Shown here: piece after piece, positions 33,801-49,010 of the stretch
How positions within the stretch are numbered: position 1 is the first letter of the stretch
Layout: each line of letters starts with the position of its first letter
Assembly: GCA_002269645.1 (NCBI GenBank)
Contig: NIVC01000177.1
Span: 128,887-192,886 of the forward strand
Direction: 5' to 3'
Length of the DNA stretch: 64,000 nucleotides
From: Macrostomum lignano
Lineage: Eukaryota
Translations under genes and position numbers: made by a program
The notes under the pieces: model-generated
The model's input: only the letters and a program-made list of their open reading frames with translations
The model's database searches: none
What the model was told of the DNA's origin: nothing

Positions 33801-34964
33801 AATCATTGGCAGTCAAGTAGCAGGTAGAGAAGTGACTCTACTTTACTATATTTTTTCCGGTCTACTCTAACCATCTCTACCATCTACCCTAGTCCTCCAC
33901 TCTACCCCACTCAACTCTAGCTTCAGTGAAATGCTCTATTCAACTTTCTCTGCTCTACTCCTCGAAATACTCTGCAATACTTTACGAGACTGTCGTCTCC
34001 GCCCGATCAGTGCGCAAAAAACGCATTTCCCCTGAGGCCGACGCGCTGCGGCGCCTTCCAGAAGATGTCGATTATCCAGCATCCCTGGGGGCGCCAGGCT
34101 GCACTGGTCGAGCCAGTTCTTTGCCAGATTCTTCCAGCGAGTTGCTAATGAGATATTCGGCCCATTGACAAGCCGTCTCAGGCTCAGGAACAGGGAGCTC
34201 ATTTCTTTTTATATTTCTCCCATTAGGCGTCGGCCAAATGATGAGAATTGGGATATTGAAAGAATTGAGCTTCATCTGAGAGGCTGCAAATCCCGCGAGG
34301 ATGCGGGATTCTGTGCGCCCAAGGCTGAGCTAGACTGATTCGCTTCAATATAAAATTTGGACAAATCGTACGCATTTTACTCTACTTATTGATATGGCCA
34401 CTGAGTAGTAAGTAGCGTTTATTTCAAGGAATTTTTGTAATCATGAATTTTTCACCTGCCTGCCAGTAAGATTGACGATTTTGATTTTGATAAAAATGCT
34501 ACTGAATACTACCAGGTGAGATTACAGCTTTTCCTATGTATCCTACGCAAATCCTTATTTGATTTGATTAGAGATCTGCAAAATCTGGGCTTGAAATCAA
34601 TTCCCGTAGGGTAACTATGGACTGCATTGCTCAAGAGGCCATGTGGGAAGCCAGCAAAGACCAAAACAGCTCGTGTTTCATGTCAGGCTGCCAATTCAAT
34701 GCTAGACGATCACCTGACCAGTCGAACCAAAGTGGCCTGCACGGTTAAACAGCTGAGCCACAGAGCAGTCAGGTCGCAGGCAATCCACTTGGGCGGCTCA
34801 CGAGCATTAAAAATTTATACGGCTATTGATCGGGACCTCGGTAAACTACAAAGCCAATAAAAACTTTCACTCGGCTCTGGGAGCTAGAGAACCTGCCGCC
34901 GCGTCTCTGCTCTTTGATAGCTCTCTCGATGCCCGCTGAGTTTATTACTCATATTGGAGGACTT

Positions 34965-35328
34965 ACTACAGTCCAGTCCGCTAAAACCCAGTCCACTCAT
35001 TCCAGTCCACTCATCCTAGTCCACTCACCCCAGCTGCAGTCCACTAATCCCAGTCCACTAATCCGAGCTACAGTCCACTCATCCCAGTCCGCTAACCTCA
35101 GTCCGCTCACCCCAGTTCACTAATCCCAGCTGCAGTGCACTCGCCCCAGTCCACTCATCCCAGCTGCAGTGCACTCGCCCCAGTCCACTCATCCCAGCTG
35201 CAGTGCACTCGCCCCAGTCCACTCATCCCAGCTGCAGTGCACTCGCCCCAGTCCACTCATCCCAGCTGCAGTGCACTCGCCCCAGTCCACTCATCCCAGC
35301 TGCAGTGCACTCGCCCCAGTCCACTCGC
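34965..35328. repeat. 34-bp minisatellite (GCAGTGCACTCGCCCCAGTCCACTCATCCCAGCT) with a degenerate left flank
   Basis: About 6 clean copies at 35128-35325. Confidence 0.92.
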
Positions 35329-35804
35329 TGTTTTAGGACTGGGACAGTATACAAGCTACAAGAGCTCAAAATCGCGGCAATACAAGCTCACAGGCTAAGT
35401 TGCTTCTCGCAGTTTTGAAATTCGTCTGTAAAATAATTATTGATAAAAGTGCAAGCAAGACCGGCATCATCCAGTCCTCAGCCTCTCTCTCTCTCTCTCT
35501 CTCTCGCTCAGCATGGCAGCATGGTGGCATCGAATATTCCGGCCACGTCTTCAGCAACAGCTGCCCGCAATCAGCGTCCGAGACTTCATCTCACCCCCTG
35601 GCTAGCACCCGCCCCTCGCCGGGGGGCTCTAGCCGCAACATGCTTTATAAGATTTATCGAAGTGCCGAGTCTGCAAGAACAATCGATCTCTGCCGTCAGC
35701 CAGCCCTAACATAAGTTATCCTAACAGCGAGTGTCTGAGCTGCATTCGCAACACTTAATTGCCTGTTCAAAAACTGCTGATTTATAACGAAGCGTATTGT
35801 TCAA

Positions 35805-36250
35805 GGGGGGTTGTAGCCCAGTGGCGACTGAAAGGTCGGGGGTTCGATTCTCGACCCAATTGGAACATTAAGCAAGAAACTTAATTCTGCATTGCTTCAG
35901 TTCTCCCAGCTGTAAAATGGGTGCCTGCATTAGCTGGGGCAATTGAGGCTGTGTGGCGACCCCCCCCCCCAGTCCCTGGACTGAACAGCCGCAATAGTTG
36001 CTTGAGCTGTCGGTTGCACATCTGGCCCAATTAGGGCGGGTGTAATCAATTACTAATGTCATCTGCATTGTTCAAACTCTCCGACCTAAAGCTCCGTTGC
36101 TAAGGGGCTGAGTCTGTGCAAGAATTCCCCGAGATAAGCTCGGCAGATGGTCAAGCTGATTGTCAGCAGAACTGACCAAGCATGCCGCATGCGGATGGCT
36201 GCGAAATAATTGCTCACGGCTGCCAGTCGATAAAGTGACCCCTGCTGCAA
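35805..36250 (+). mobile_element. tRNA-headed SINE with a CORE-like central block; 3' end uncertain
   Basis: A box TAGCCCAGTGG (35814-35824), B box GGTTCGATTCT (35841-35851), then AGCAAGAAACTTAATTCTGCATTGCTTCAGTTCTCCCAGCTGTAAAATGGG (35871-35921). Confidence 0.7.
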
Positions 36251-36926
36251 CATTTGAATTGAAGAGAACGCGGGAGAGCGGGAGCGTGAGAAGCTGGGAG
36301 GAGGGGTGTAAAAGCCATTAGCGCGCTCGGAGCAGATGGATGAGGCGTGCAGCAGCCTCTTCAGTGCATCCAGTGTTGAGCCGTCAACTCTCGTGTTCAA
36401 AGCGCTGCTGCACAGACCGCTTAAGCATTAAAGAGAGAAAGAAACACACCTCTTTCCCTTTCAGCATCTTCTCCCCTGCATCTTTTCCTGATGGTCTATT
36501 TTTCCCCTGGAGGATGTATCTACCCCCAAGCCCGCCGGCTTTCTTCTCAGCTCCATATTCCAGGAATCATCCAATTGGTCGAGCCCGACTCCCCCCCCCC
36601 CTGCTGCCCTCCATTTCACCCCTCCACCGAAAAAGTCCTCGGGTTTAGTTTGGGGATCCTGGCGACTCTGCATTGTATTTGGGGAAGAACGGGGGGGAGG
36701 GGGAGGAGGGGGCGGAGAAAGCGGCCGGCCAACCCGAGGAGGAGTTTGAGGCCTGCGGGGAGCGAGAGGGCGCAGTCGTCGAAAGATAAACACCGAGCAG
36801 GCTGGGGCGCTCGGGCTCCTGCCTCCTCCGCTGCCTTCCCTTCTGCTCCGTTGCCTGACTCCGCGCTGTGAAGAAAAGTAGACGGACAAATCTCTGACGA
36901 AGTGTCGTTGGTAGTGCAGGACCTCA

Positions 36927-40593
<3,667 letters not shown>

Positions 40594-41158
40594 GTAATTA
40601 GCAAGCTAGAAGCACCGCAACCCGGGGAGGCTGGGAGAATGGACGAGAGTTCGATGAGTAACTTAACTTAAAAAGCTTCCTTTTTCCTATCTTTAGGAGA
40701 GTTAACTCCATCAGGATTTACCACAGCCCGCAAGACAAGCTGTCAATAACTAAATTGATAGATAGCCATCACAGGTCAGGGCGCATTAGGAGGGCTAGCA
40801 GGCCTAAATAGAAAGCAAACACTGCCTATAGTCAATGCTTCATTCCGTGTGTTTGCTGAACAATTTTGCATTATTTTGAATGAAAGTTTTGGGGCCTCCG
40901 TTACCATGGCAGTTTTGAGAGACTGAGCCGTGGGGATGCGGTGCAGAGGTCTTTAGCTTCAGCTATGCTTCAAGCATTCAATGGGCTACAGTCATTGAAT
41001 CAGATAATAACTATATGAGGTTACCTTCCTGCTGAATTAAAATGCAAAGAGCTCTGTCTAGATGATGACACTGACAGTCACTAAGGTACGAAAATGAGCG
41101 ACAGCATGCCTGAGATTCCCCCCCGGTAACCGTTTCAGCCGCCAGGCGTCAGTCGCCG

Positions 41159-42931
41159 ATGCCGCCACCCCGCAGCGGCATGATGCTGTTCTGCGAGTGC
41201 AGCTCCATCCGCGGCATGCCCAAAATTGCGCGCTCCTCGTCGAACTTCCTGCGCAAAATGTGGCTGGCCTTCGTCGTGATCATGACACTGGTGCTCATCA
41301 TCTCCTCTTCTCTGTCCGTTCACTCCTACCTTCAATATGATGTCATCGTTCACACATCTGACATCCCCAATTTTGCTTCACCTTTCCCTGCCATCACCGT
41401 TTGTCTTCACCAGCCTTTCTCGTCGAGGGCCTTCAAGCTGTGGAGCAACAGGTCCGTGATGTCGCCGCGCGAGTACAATGCTCTGCTGCGTCGCTGGGCC
41501 CTGGAGGCCATCAACAAGACTAGCGATTTCTTTCGGATCCAGAAAAAGGACGCCGATCCCATATCCTACTCCCTCTACTACGACATGCTGGAGGTGTACT
41601 ACCAAAACATCCCGCTGCGTGACATCACTGTACTAAGCCACGATCCCAGCGTCATACGAAAGTGCATCGTAAAAACTGACGGCGTCAGCCACTTCAAGGA
41701 CCCGTGCAACCTGACGGAGCACGGCTTCAGCATAAAGCTTTTCTCGCATCCGAAGCACCTGAACTGCTACACGGTGGAGCCGAATACTCCAGCGGCCTCT
41801 TTCGACACTCAGTTCCTCGGCCTCGCAGTGGACCTCGGCCCCCCGCCTGACTATGCCAATTTCCAGCAGGGCTTTCTCAACGACGTCTTCGACCAGGCCA
41901 CGGGCCTGCGAGTAGTCATCCACGAACCCAACCGCTACCCGAACGTGGAGCACTTTGGCAAAAACATCGAGGCTGGCAAGATGACTGAGCTGGCCTACAC
42001 TCCCACGCTGTGGAATCGCAGCAACACCCCTGTGAATCCGTGCATCACCAGCGGCGAGTCATTCACGGATCTTGGGCGCAGGTTCGATTACACTCAGCGA
42101 GAGTGCGCCAACAAGCACCTGCAGGAGTTGGCGATTCGCCGCTGCAACTGCATCGTCTGTTTGCCCGGGGTTCCTCGCACCCAGCCTCCGAGCAAGGAGC
42201 TGCCCTATTGCGCCTCTTTTACAAGCGAGTACAACAGTACTTTCGAGGACTTTGTCCGCCAGCTGCAGTGCTACGTTGAAATAACGCGGGACCTGCCGCA
42301 GTGGCCCTGCCTGCCACGCTGCCTCCTGACGGAGTACGAGACAAAATTGTCGGTGACCTACTGGGGCGCGACCGACTGGCAAGTTTACTGGTCAGGAAAG
42401 TTCGTCAATGACATTGAGGAGCTCGGCGACCTCATTAAAGAGCGCGAGGGCAGGACGGGCCACGGCGAGGCTGCTCTGCGACCGCGCTTCGAGGCGCTGA
42501 AGGAGCGGCTCCTGCGATACCTGACCAAAGCCAACCTGACTGCGATCGCCAATGGCCAGGGGCCGGACGACATGGTCGAGTCCAAGAATTTTGCTTACGT
42601 TGTGCTGAAGCGCAAAAGCGAAAACCTCATTCTCAAAGAGGAGAAACAAGTGCTGACGCTAAACGCGCTCATGTCGCAGATCGGCGGCCTCTGCTCTCTC
42701 ACCATCGGGCTCACCTGTGCCTGCGCCGTCGAGGTCATCGAATTTTTCTACATCTACCTGACTGGCAAAGGCGGCGGAGCGGGGAATGCCGCTGCCCCCG
42801 CCATCCGACAGGAGAAGTCAGTTCCGCTCCGGTCGTCTCGGACGGAAGACGAAGACGCTTCTCCAGCAATTACGCATCCAGGGCAGTCTCTGAATTCGCA
42901 ACATCACACTGCGAAACCGTCTGAACTGTAG
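41159..42931 (+). CDS. DEG/ENaC (amiloride-sensitive type) channel subunit, 590-aa ORF without introns
   Basis: TM1 MWLAFVVIMTLVLII, YLQYDV, FPAITVC, GLRVVIHEP, Cys-rich thumb (YTQRECANKHLQELAIRRCNC; CLPRC), TM2 QIGGLCSLTIGLTCACAVEVIEF. Confidence 0.93.
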   Translation: MPPPRSGMMLFCECSSIRGMPKIARSSSNFLRKMWLAFVVIMTLVLIISSSLSVHSYLQYDVIVHTSDIPNFASPFPAITVCLHQPFSSRAFKLWSNRSVMSPREYNALLRRWALEAINKTSDFFRIQKKDADPISYSLYYDMLEVYYQNIPLRDITVLSHDPSVIRKCIVKTDGVSHFKDPCNLTEHGFSIKLFSHPKHLNCYTVEPNTPAASFDTQFLGLAVDLGPPPDYANFQQGFLNDVFDQATGLRVVIHEPNRYPNVEHFGKNIEAGKMTELAYTPTLWNRSNTPVNPCITSGESFTDLGRRFDYTQRECANKHLQELAIRRCNCIVCLPGVPRTQPPSKELPYCASFTSEYNSTFEDFVRQLQCYVEITRDLPQWPCLPRCLLTEYETKLSVTYWGATDWQVYWSGKFVNDIEELGDLIKEREGRTGHGEAALRPRFEALKERLLRYLTKANLTAIANGQGPDDMVESKNFAYVVLKRKSENLILKEEKQVLTLNALMSQIGGLCSLTIGLTCACAVEVIEFFYIYLTGKGGGAGNAAAPAIRQEKSVPLRSSRTEDEDASPAITHPGQSLNSQHHTAKPSEL

Positions 42932-43309
42932 AAATTAGTTTTTTATCTCTCAAAGCGAACAACTTCAAAACTGTTCTTAGTTTCTAGTTTACAAATTAAA
43001 CAAAAATACTCCTTATCTGCGTTCCTCTTTCTTTGATTTTTCCTCTGCACCGCTGCATCACGCTCGCTATATTTTGTATCTGAGCTGACTTTCATCTGGC
43101 ATTGTACTTTTAATAAATTTAGCTTTATCAAGACACAAGAGAAAATATTGCAGTCAATAATTGTCTTGTTGTTTATTCATCAAAGTACACCGAGGGAGGA
43201 ATAGGTTAAGAGGTGAGCTGAAATCGGTGAGGAGTGAAAATAATTGAGATCACTGGTGTAATCTCTGCATGGTAGAACAGAGGACAAAACTGCTCTCACT
43301 GAATGATCT

Positions 43310-43618
43310 GAGAGGGTATCATCCATCACCCACTGAATGGTCTGAGAGGGTATCATTCATCACTCACTAAATGGTCTGAGAGGGTATCATTCATCACTCA
43401 CTGAATGGTCTGAGAGGGTATCATCACTCACTGAATGATCTGAGAGGGTATCAGCTCTGATCTGAGAGGGTATCAGCTCTGATTTGAGAGGGTATCAGCT
43501 CTGATCTGAGAGGGTATCAGCTCTGATCTGAGAGGGTATCAGCTCTGATTTGAGAGGGTATCAGCTCTGATTTGAGAGGGTATCAGCTCTGATCTGAGAG
43601 GGTATCAGCTCTGATCTG
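43310..43618. repeat. Minisatellite with core CTGAGAGGGTATCA (~34-bp, then 22-bp units)
   Basis: Read directly. Confidence 0.92.
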
Positions 43619-43639
43619 AATAATCCAACCAAATCAACC

Positions 43640-43853
43640 AAACCCCAAGGCGCAGTGAAGTGTACATGCCTAAAGATAAATAAAGTTAGGGCCGCTGTAC
43701 ACTCCTGTGTGAGTGTGTGCCTGTGCGTATGACTGCGTACGTATCCGCGCGCTTGTGTGCCTGCTCAGGGGAGTCGGCGGAATGGGCAGCAATGCCTCTC
43801 GCCGGTTGTGCGACAATGTTGCTTAAAGTGCGCCACGGTACACACAGGCCCCT
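43640..43853 (+). mobile_element. 5'-truncated copy of the SINE at 12905-13255
   Basis: Near-identical to the reverse complement of ~12908-13110, with a small insertion near 43801. Confidence 0.85.
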
Positions 43854-44611
43854 GCCTCTAATAAAAAAATCTTCTGAAGTCTAAACAGCTGGTTTCTTCC
43901 AGTCTCCGCTCCCGCTGCAGGCTAGGCTTTCCCGTCTCCCATTCCACCTCCATCAGCCTGTGTAGCAATTTCTGCTCCCCTCCATCTTTGCTCTCACAGC
44001 GAGCTTTTCTCTCCCCCCCACCCCCTAGCCAAAACCTTTTGTCTTCGTGTAAGCTTTGTCCCCATCCCTTGCTGCGCTCGACTGATTGCGAGAAACTGTT
44101 CACAGCTGAGAGGCTCTTGTATAGTGGCAGCAGAAGCGCGCGTGTTGCATAAACACACTTAACACATGCTCTGAGAGCATAGGAGAGGCGGAATAGCACA
44201 GGCGGTCTCGTTGGATAATTTGTAACCCGCCTCCAGATGCAGCTGAGCCAGAAATGCCGCTTCACGTCACTCTGCGCTTTGTCCATCCCGCGGGCAAAGC
44301 AAACACAAGCGATTGGTTGGTCCGCACTAATGAAAACTGGAAAGATGAAGGCAGAAAAAAGATGTTGCTCTAGAAGCCAAATGCTATAGTTTCAACCCGA
44401 GCCGAAACGTAGGCTAAATAGTCTGCCAGGTGAATTTCTGGACCGATTCTACCTCTGCCCGGCCATTGCAGCATGCAGCTGCATTGCATACATTGCCAGT
44501 GTGAAAAATTAACCTTGCCAATTGCAATTGCCATCCAAGTATTGAAAGTTTTGAGTTGATTATTTTCCTGTAGCTTGTATTGCAGACACAGATTTGCAAC
44601 TAAATAATTGG

Positions 44612-45120
44612 TAGACAGGTAGGTAGATAGGTAGGTAGGTAGGTAGGTAGATAGGTAGGTTGGTAGATTGGTAGGTAGGTAGATAGGTAGGTAGTAGGTA
44701 GGTAGGTAGATAGGTAGGTTGGTAGATAGCTAGGTTGGTAGATAGGTAGATAGGTAGGTAGGTAGATAGATGGGTAGGTTGGTAGATAGGTTGGTTGGTA
44801 GATAGGTAGGCAGGTAGATAGGTAGGCAGGTAGATAGGTAGGTAGGTAGATAGATGGGTAGGTAGGTAGGTAGGTAGGTAGGTAGATAGGTAGGTTGGTA
44901 GATTGGTAGGTTGGTAGATAGCTAGGTTGGTAGATAGGTAGATAGGTAAGGTAGATAGATGGGTAGGTTGGTAGATAGGTTGGTTGGTAGATAGGTTGGC
45001 AGGTAGATAGGTAGGCAGGTAGATAGGTAGATAGGTAGATAGATGGGGGTAGGTAGGTAGATAGGTAGGTTGGTAGATAGGTAGGTAGGTAGATAGGTAG
45101 GCAGGTAGATAGGTAGGCAT
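44612..45120. repeat. Compound (GGTA)n/(GATA)n microsatellite
   Basis: Read directly. Confidence 0.96.
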
Positions 45121-45715
45121 GCTGACACACAGATAAAGCTGACCGCAGAGGGTAGGGCGTTGCCTCTGCTTGTCAATGGCTTCCATCAGAACGATTATCT
45201 CTGGTCGCAAAGGCAGTCCACCTTATCCCCAGTTATCCCTGGCAAACCCTGCCGCTAATCGCGACCCTGCTATCGAACCTCTGATGCAAGCAAGTGCGTT
45301 AAACTGGCGCATTTCCTGCCGGATCCCGCAAATCCAGCGCCTGCACTCAAGCCCCGATTTCCACTGCTACCTCAGAGCTTGGCTGTTGGCGCGCGATTGA
45401 TAAGTCTGGCGGATCAGAGCGGACAGGCAATTGCTGGATTTGCGCTTTTACAACTCCGATGCATTAACGGATTCTTGCTAGGCATGGCTGCCCGCACCCA
45501 GAATCAAAGGTTCATAAAAAATCCTCAAATCGTTAAGATAGAAGATAGAATTCAGGTGACTGCTTTGTCATTATTATCTGAATTTTTATTTCGATTTACA
45601 TCATACTACTAGAAGTATCACACTGCAGCGTTTCTTCTTTTTTAGTTATCAGTAAAACTGGCCAACTAGTTTATTAACAAACTGCAAAATTACATAATTA
45701 CAAATAGCGATTTGT

Positions 45716-45717
45716 TT

Positions 45718-45769
<52 letters not shown>

Positions 45770-45773
45770 GCTT

Positions 45774-45855
<82 letters not shown>

Positions 45856-45941
45856 TGCTTCTACTACTGCTACTACTACTACTACTACTGCTACTACTGC
45901 TACTACTACTACTACTACTACTACTGCTGCTTCTACTACTG

Positions 45942-45977
<36 letters not shown>

Positions 45978-45983
45978 ATGCTT

Positions 45984-46040
<57 letters not shown>

Positions 46041-46055
46041 ATGCTTCTACTACTG

Positions 46056-46111
<56 letters not shown>

Positions 46112-46200
46112 GCTACTACTACTACTACTACTACTGCTTCTACTACTGCTACTACTACTACTACTACTACTACTACTAATACTACTACTACTACTACTAT
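45716..46200. repeat. (CTA)n trinucleotide microsatellite with CTG/CTT variants
   Basis: Read directly; source of the poly-Tyr and poly-Leu ORF artefacts. Confidence 0.98.
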
Positions 46201-46401
46201 AGTCTTACTGCTGCTGCTGAAGCCGCTGCTACTATAGCTTCCATTGGGTAGTAGCCGGATTCAATTCTGACCAATCAAAGCCCAGCTGACAGGGCTTAAG
46301 ATTTTAAAATGATCTTTTAAAAGCTACTGGTAGGTCGCCTCTATTCTGCTTTCAAACAGCGAGCTGGTAATAAAATTAGTCAGTCTGACAATTAGCTGGC
46401 C

Positions 46402-47796
46402 ATGAACGACAGTTGCGCTGGCATTCTGAGCCGGCACAGCAGCAGTCTCAGCCTCAGCCTGGCATTCGTGCCCTACAGTGTGCACCTCGCCCGCACTCTG
46501 CTGCCGCTTTGGCTGGTGCTTGGCGTTCCAGGCAGCCTCCTCAGCCTGGCCGTCTGGAGCAGTCGCCAGATGCGCAGCAGCTCCAGCATCTACCTGTGCG
46601 CCTTGGCCGTACTGGATGCGGCATTCCTGTTGATGCAGCAGCTGCCCTGGCATCTGCGCGAGTACTATGACGTCAGAGTGCTCGACAACCGGCCCGTCTG
46701 CTGGGCCTTCCCTGTCTACAGCATCTGGATGCAGTACCTGTCCCCAGCCCTGATTCTCGGCTTCACTGTTGAGCGCTACATTGGCATCTGCCATCCGTTC
46801 AGCAGCCACCGGCTCTGCACCGTCCGCCGGGCTCTGGCGGCCACCGGCTGCCTGTCTGTCGGCTGCCTGCTGGTGGCGCTGATGCAGCTCCGCTTCTATC
46901 ACTACGACGCTAGCGTTCAGATCTGCACAGAGGACAAACGGATTCTGGAGGCTGGCACGATGCAGCACCGGTTCTACAACGTGTGGACGAAGATCACGGA
47001 AGTGCTGTTCTTCGCCGCAGCGCCGCTGACTATCCTGGCCTTCAACCTGCTGGTGCTGGTGCAGGTGAGGCGGTCAGCGGCTAGCGGGGCGGCGGCCACC
47101 GTGTCCGAGCCATCTGCGCCCATGCCAACGTCGGCGGCGCAGCGGCGACAACCAACGGCAGCCACGGTGACGCTGCTGAGTGTCTCCTTCTACCAGATCG
47201 GCGCCATGCTGCCGGTCACCGCCCTGCTGTTTGCCAGCATCAGCCTGGTCAGCACCGACTTGGAGGGCCTCACCTGCAACCTCACCGACGCCCAGGTGCG
47301 CCAGCAAATCGATGACGGCCAGCTGCCCCAGCTGCGCACCTATTTCGCTCACCTGGCCGCTAGTCACATAGTTAACAGCCTGGCCGTCAGTCACAATGCG
47401 CTGAAATTCTTTGTCTACCTGGCCACCGGCGCCCTGTTCCGCAGGAAGCTGGCCAGGCTGCTGTGCACCCGGCGACTCGGGGTCGCCGCGGCTGCCAGCG
47501 TCGGCGGCGGTCAAGACCGAGCCGGCAGAGACGACGCCTTCATCGTCTCGGTGCAGCTGCCGTCCCGACGCACGTCGGAGCAGCGTCGACGTCTGCGTCG
47601 GTCGGTGCGCGGCTTTTCATCTGCAGCGCCGGCCGAAGCCGAGGCCGGTAACAACGCGGTCGATGCTGAGAAGAACGGAGCGTCGGCGCTGTCAAAATCC
47701 GAGGAGAAGCCGCCGCTGCTTCTGCAGCCGCCACCGCATCCGATGCAGACTTCGATCGAGTTGGAGGGCGAGCAACTGCAGCTGTCCTGGGTCTAG
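46402..47796 (+). CDS. Class A neuropeptide-type GPCR (FMRFamide/sex-peptide receptor-like), single exon, 464 aa
   Basis: Seven hydrophobic segments; GVPGSLLSLAVW, IYLCALAVLD, VERYIGICHPF, HNALKFFVYLATGALFRR. Confidence 0.92.
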   Translation: MNDSCAGILSRHSSSLSLSLAFVPYSVHLARTLLPLWLVLGVPGSLLSLAVWSSRQMRSSSSIYLCALAVLDAAFLLMQQLPWHLREYYDVRVLDNRPVCWAFPVYSIWMQYLSPALILGFTVERYIGICHPFSSHRLCTVRRALAATGCLSVGCLLVALMQLRFYHYDASVQICTEDKRILEAGTMQHRFYNVWTKITEVLFFAAAPLTILAFNLLVLVQVRRSAASGAAATVSEPSAPMPTSAAQRRQPTAATVTLLSVSFYQIGAMLPVTALLFASISLVSTDLEGLTCNLTDAQVRQQIDDGQLPQLRTYFAHLAASHIVNSLAVSHNALKFFVYLATGALFRRKLARLLCTRRLGVAAAASVGGGQDRAGRDDAFIVSVQLPSRRTSEQRRRLRRSVRGFSSAAPAEAEAGNNAVDAEKNGASALSKSEEKPPLLLQPPPHPMQTSIELEGEQLQLSWV

Positions 47797-48332
47797 AGGA
47801 GTCTTATCTCGGAGGCCCAGCCGCAGATTCTTGACCCATTCCGCCGGCTCCTTAAGCGGCCTGCCTGTTCACATAGAGGAGGTCACCCCGCACTGTCTAT
47901 AACTTGAGCAAAATCGAAGAGTACGAAAGCTGTTTATAAAACACATTCAAATACATTCAATGTCCACTGCGGCATTAATTGTTTAACTGATGAGATCTGA
48001 CACTAAAACAGATCATGCAAGATTTCATTGGTGTAAGCCTTATATAATTGTTTAGAATTTGCACTTTTGATACGAGTAAATCAGCAGCTACTGCCGTCAA
48101 CACTCAGCTGCTTTGGCAAATAACTTTCAAGTTAGGGTGAAAATAAGATTTTAAGTATTTAGCAGCTTTCGTTTTCTGTCAGAGATAATCTCTACTTTTG
48201 CTTTCCCAACTTAATCCAAAGACTAAGAAAATGCTGTGGTTTTAACTTTTCTCACAATTTCTTGTCTTGGCTAATTCAACTTCTATTTTTTATAAATTCC
48301 TATCTGTCTTAGTAACTGGCCGGGTGACCTAG

Positions 48333-49010
48333 TGTCTGTCCCTTCCTGTCTTAGTGTCTGTCCCTTCCTGTCTTAGTGTTTGTCCCTTCCTGTCTTAGTG
48401 TCTGTCCCTTCCTGTCTTAGTGTCTGTCCCTTCCTGTCTTAGTGTCTGTCCCTTCCTGTCTTAGTGTCTGTCCCTTCCTGTCTTAGTGTCTGTCCCTTCC
48501 TGTCTTAGTGTCTGTCCCTTCCTGTCTTAGTGTCTGTCCCTTCCTGTCTTAGTGTCTGTCCCTTCCTGTCTTAGTGTCTGTCCCTTCCTGTCTTAGTGTC
48601 TGTCCCTTCCTGTCTTAGTGTCTGTCCCTTCCTGTCTTAGTGTCTGTCCCTTCCTGTCTTAGTGTCTGTCCCTTCCTGTCTTAGTGTCTGTCCCTTCCTG
48701 TCTTAGTGTCTGTCCCTTCCTGTCTTAGTGTTTGTTCCTTCCTGTCTTAGTGTCTGTCCCTTCCTGTCTTAGTGTCTGTCCCTTCCTGTCTTAGTGTCTG
48801 TCCCTTCCTGTCTTAGTGTCTGTCCCTTCCTGTCTTAGTGTCTGTCCCTTCCTGTCTTAGTGTCTGTCCCTTCCTGTCTTAGTGTCTGTCCCTTCCTGTC
48901 TTAGTGTCTGTCCCTTCCTGTCTTAGTGTCTGTCCCTTCCTGTCTTAGTGTCTGTCCCTTCCTGTCTTAGTGTCTGTCCCTTCCTGTCTTAGTGTCTGTC
49001 CCTTCCTATC
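48333..49010. repeat. 22-bp satellite TGTCCCTTCCTGTCTTAGTGTC, ~30 copies
   Basis: Read directly; very homogeneous. Confidence 0.98.

Noticed and set aside
12905-35925. Functional tRNA genes
   Set aside because: All three tRNA-like segments lack proper acceptor stems; treated as SINE heads or relics.
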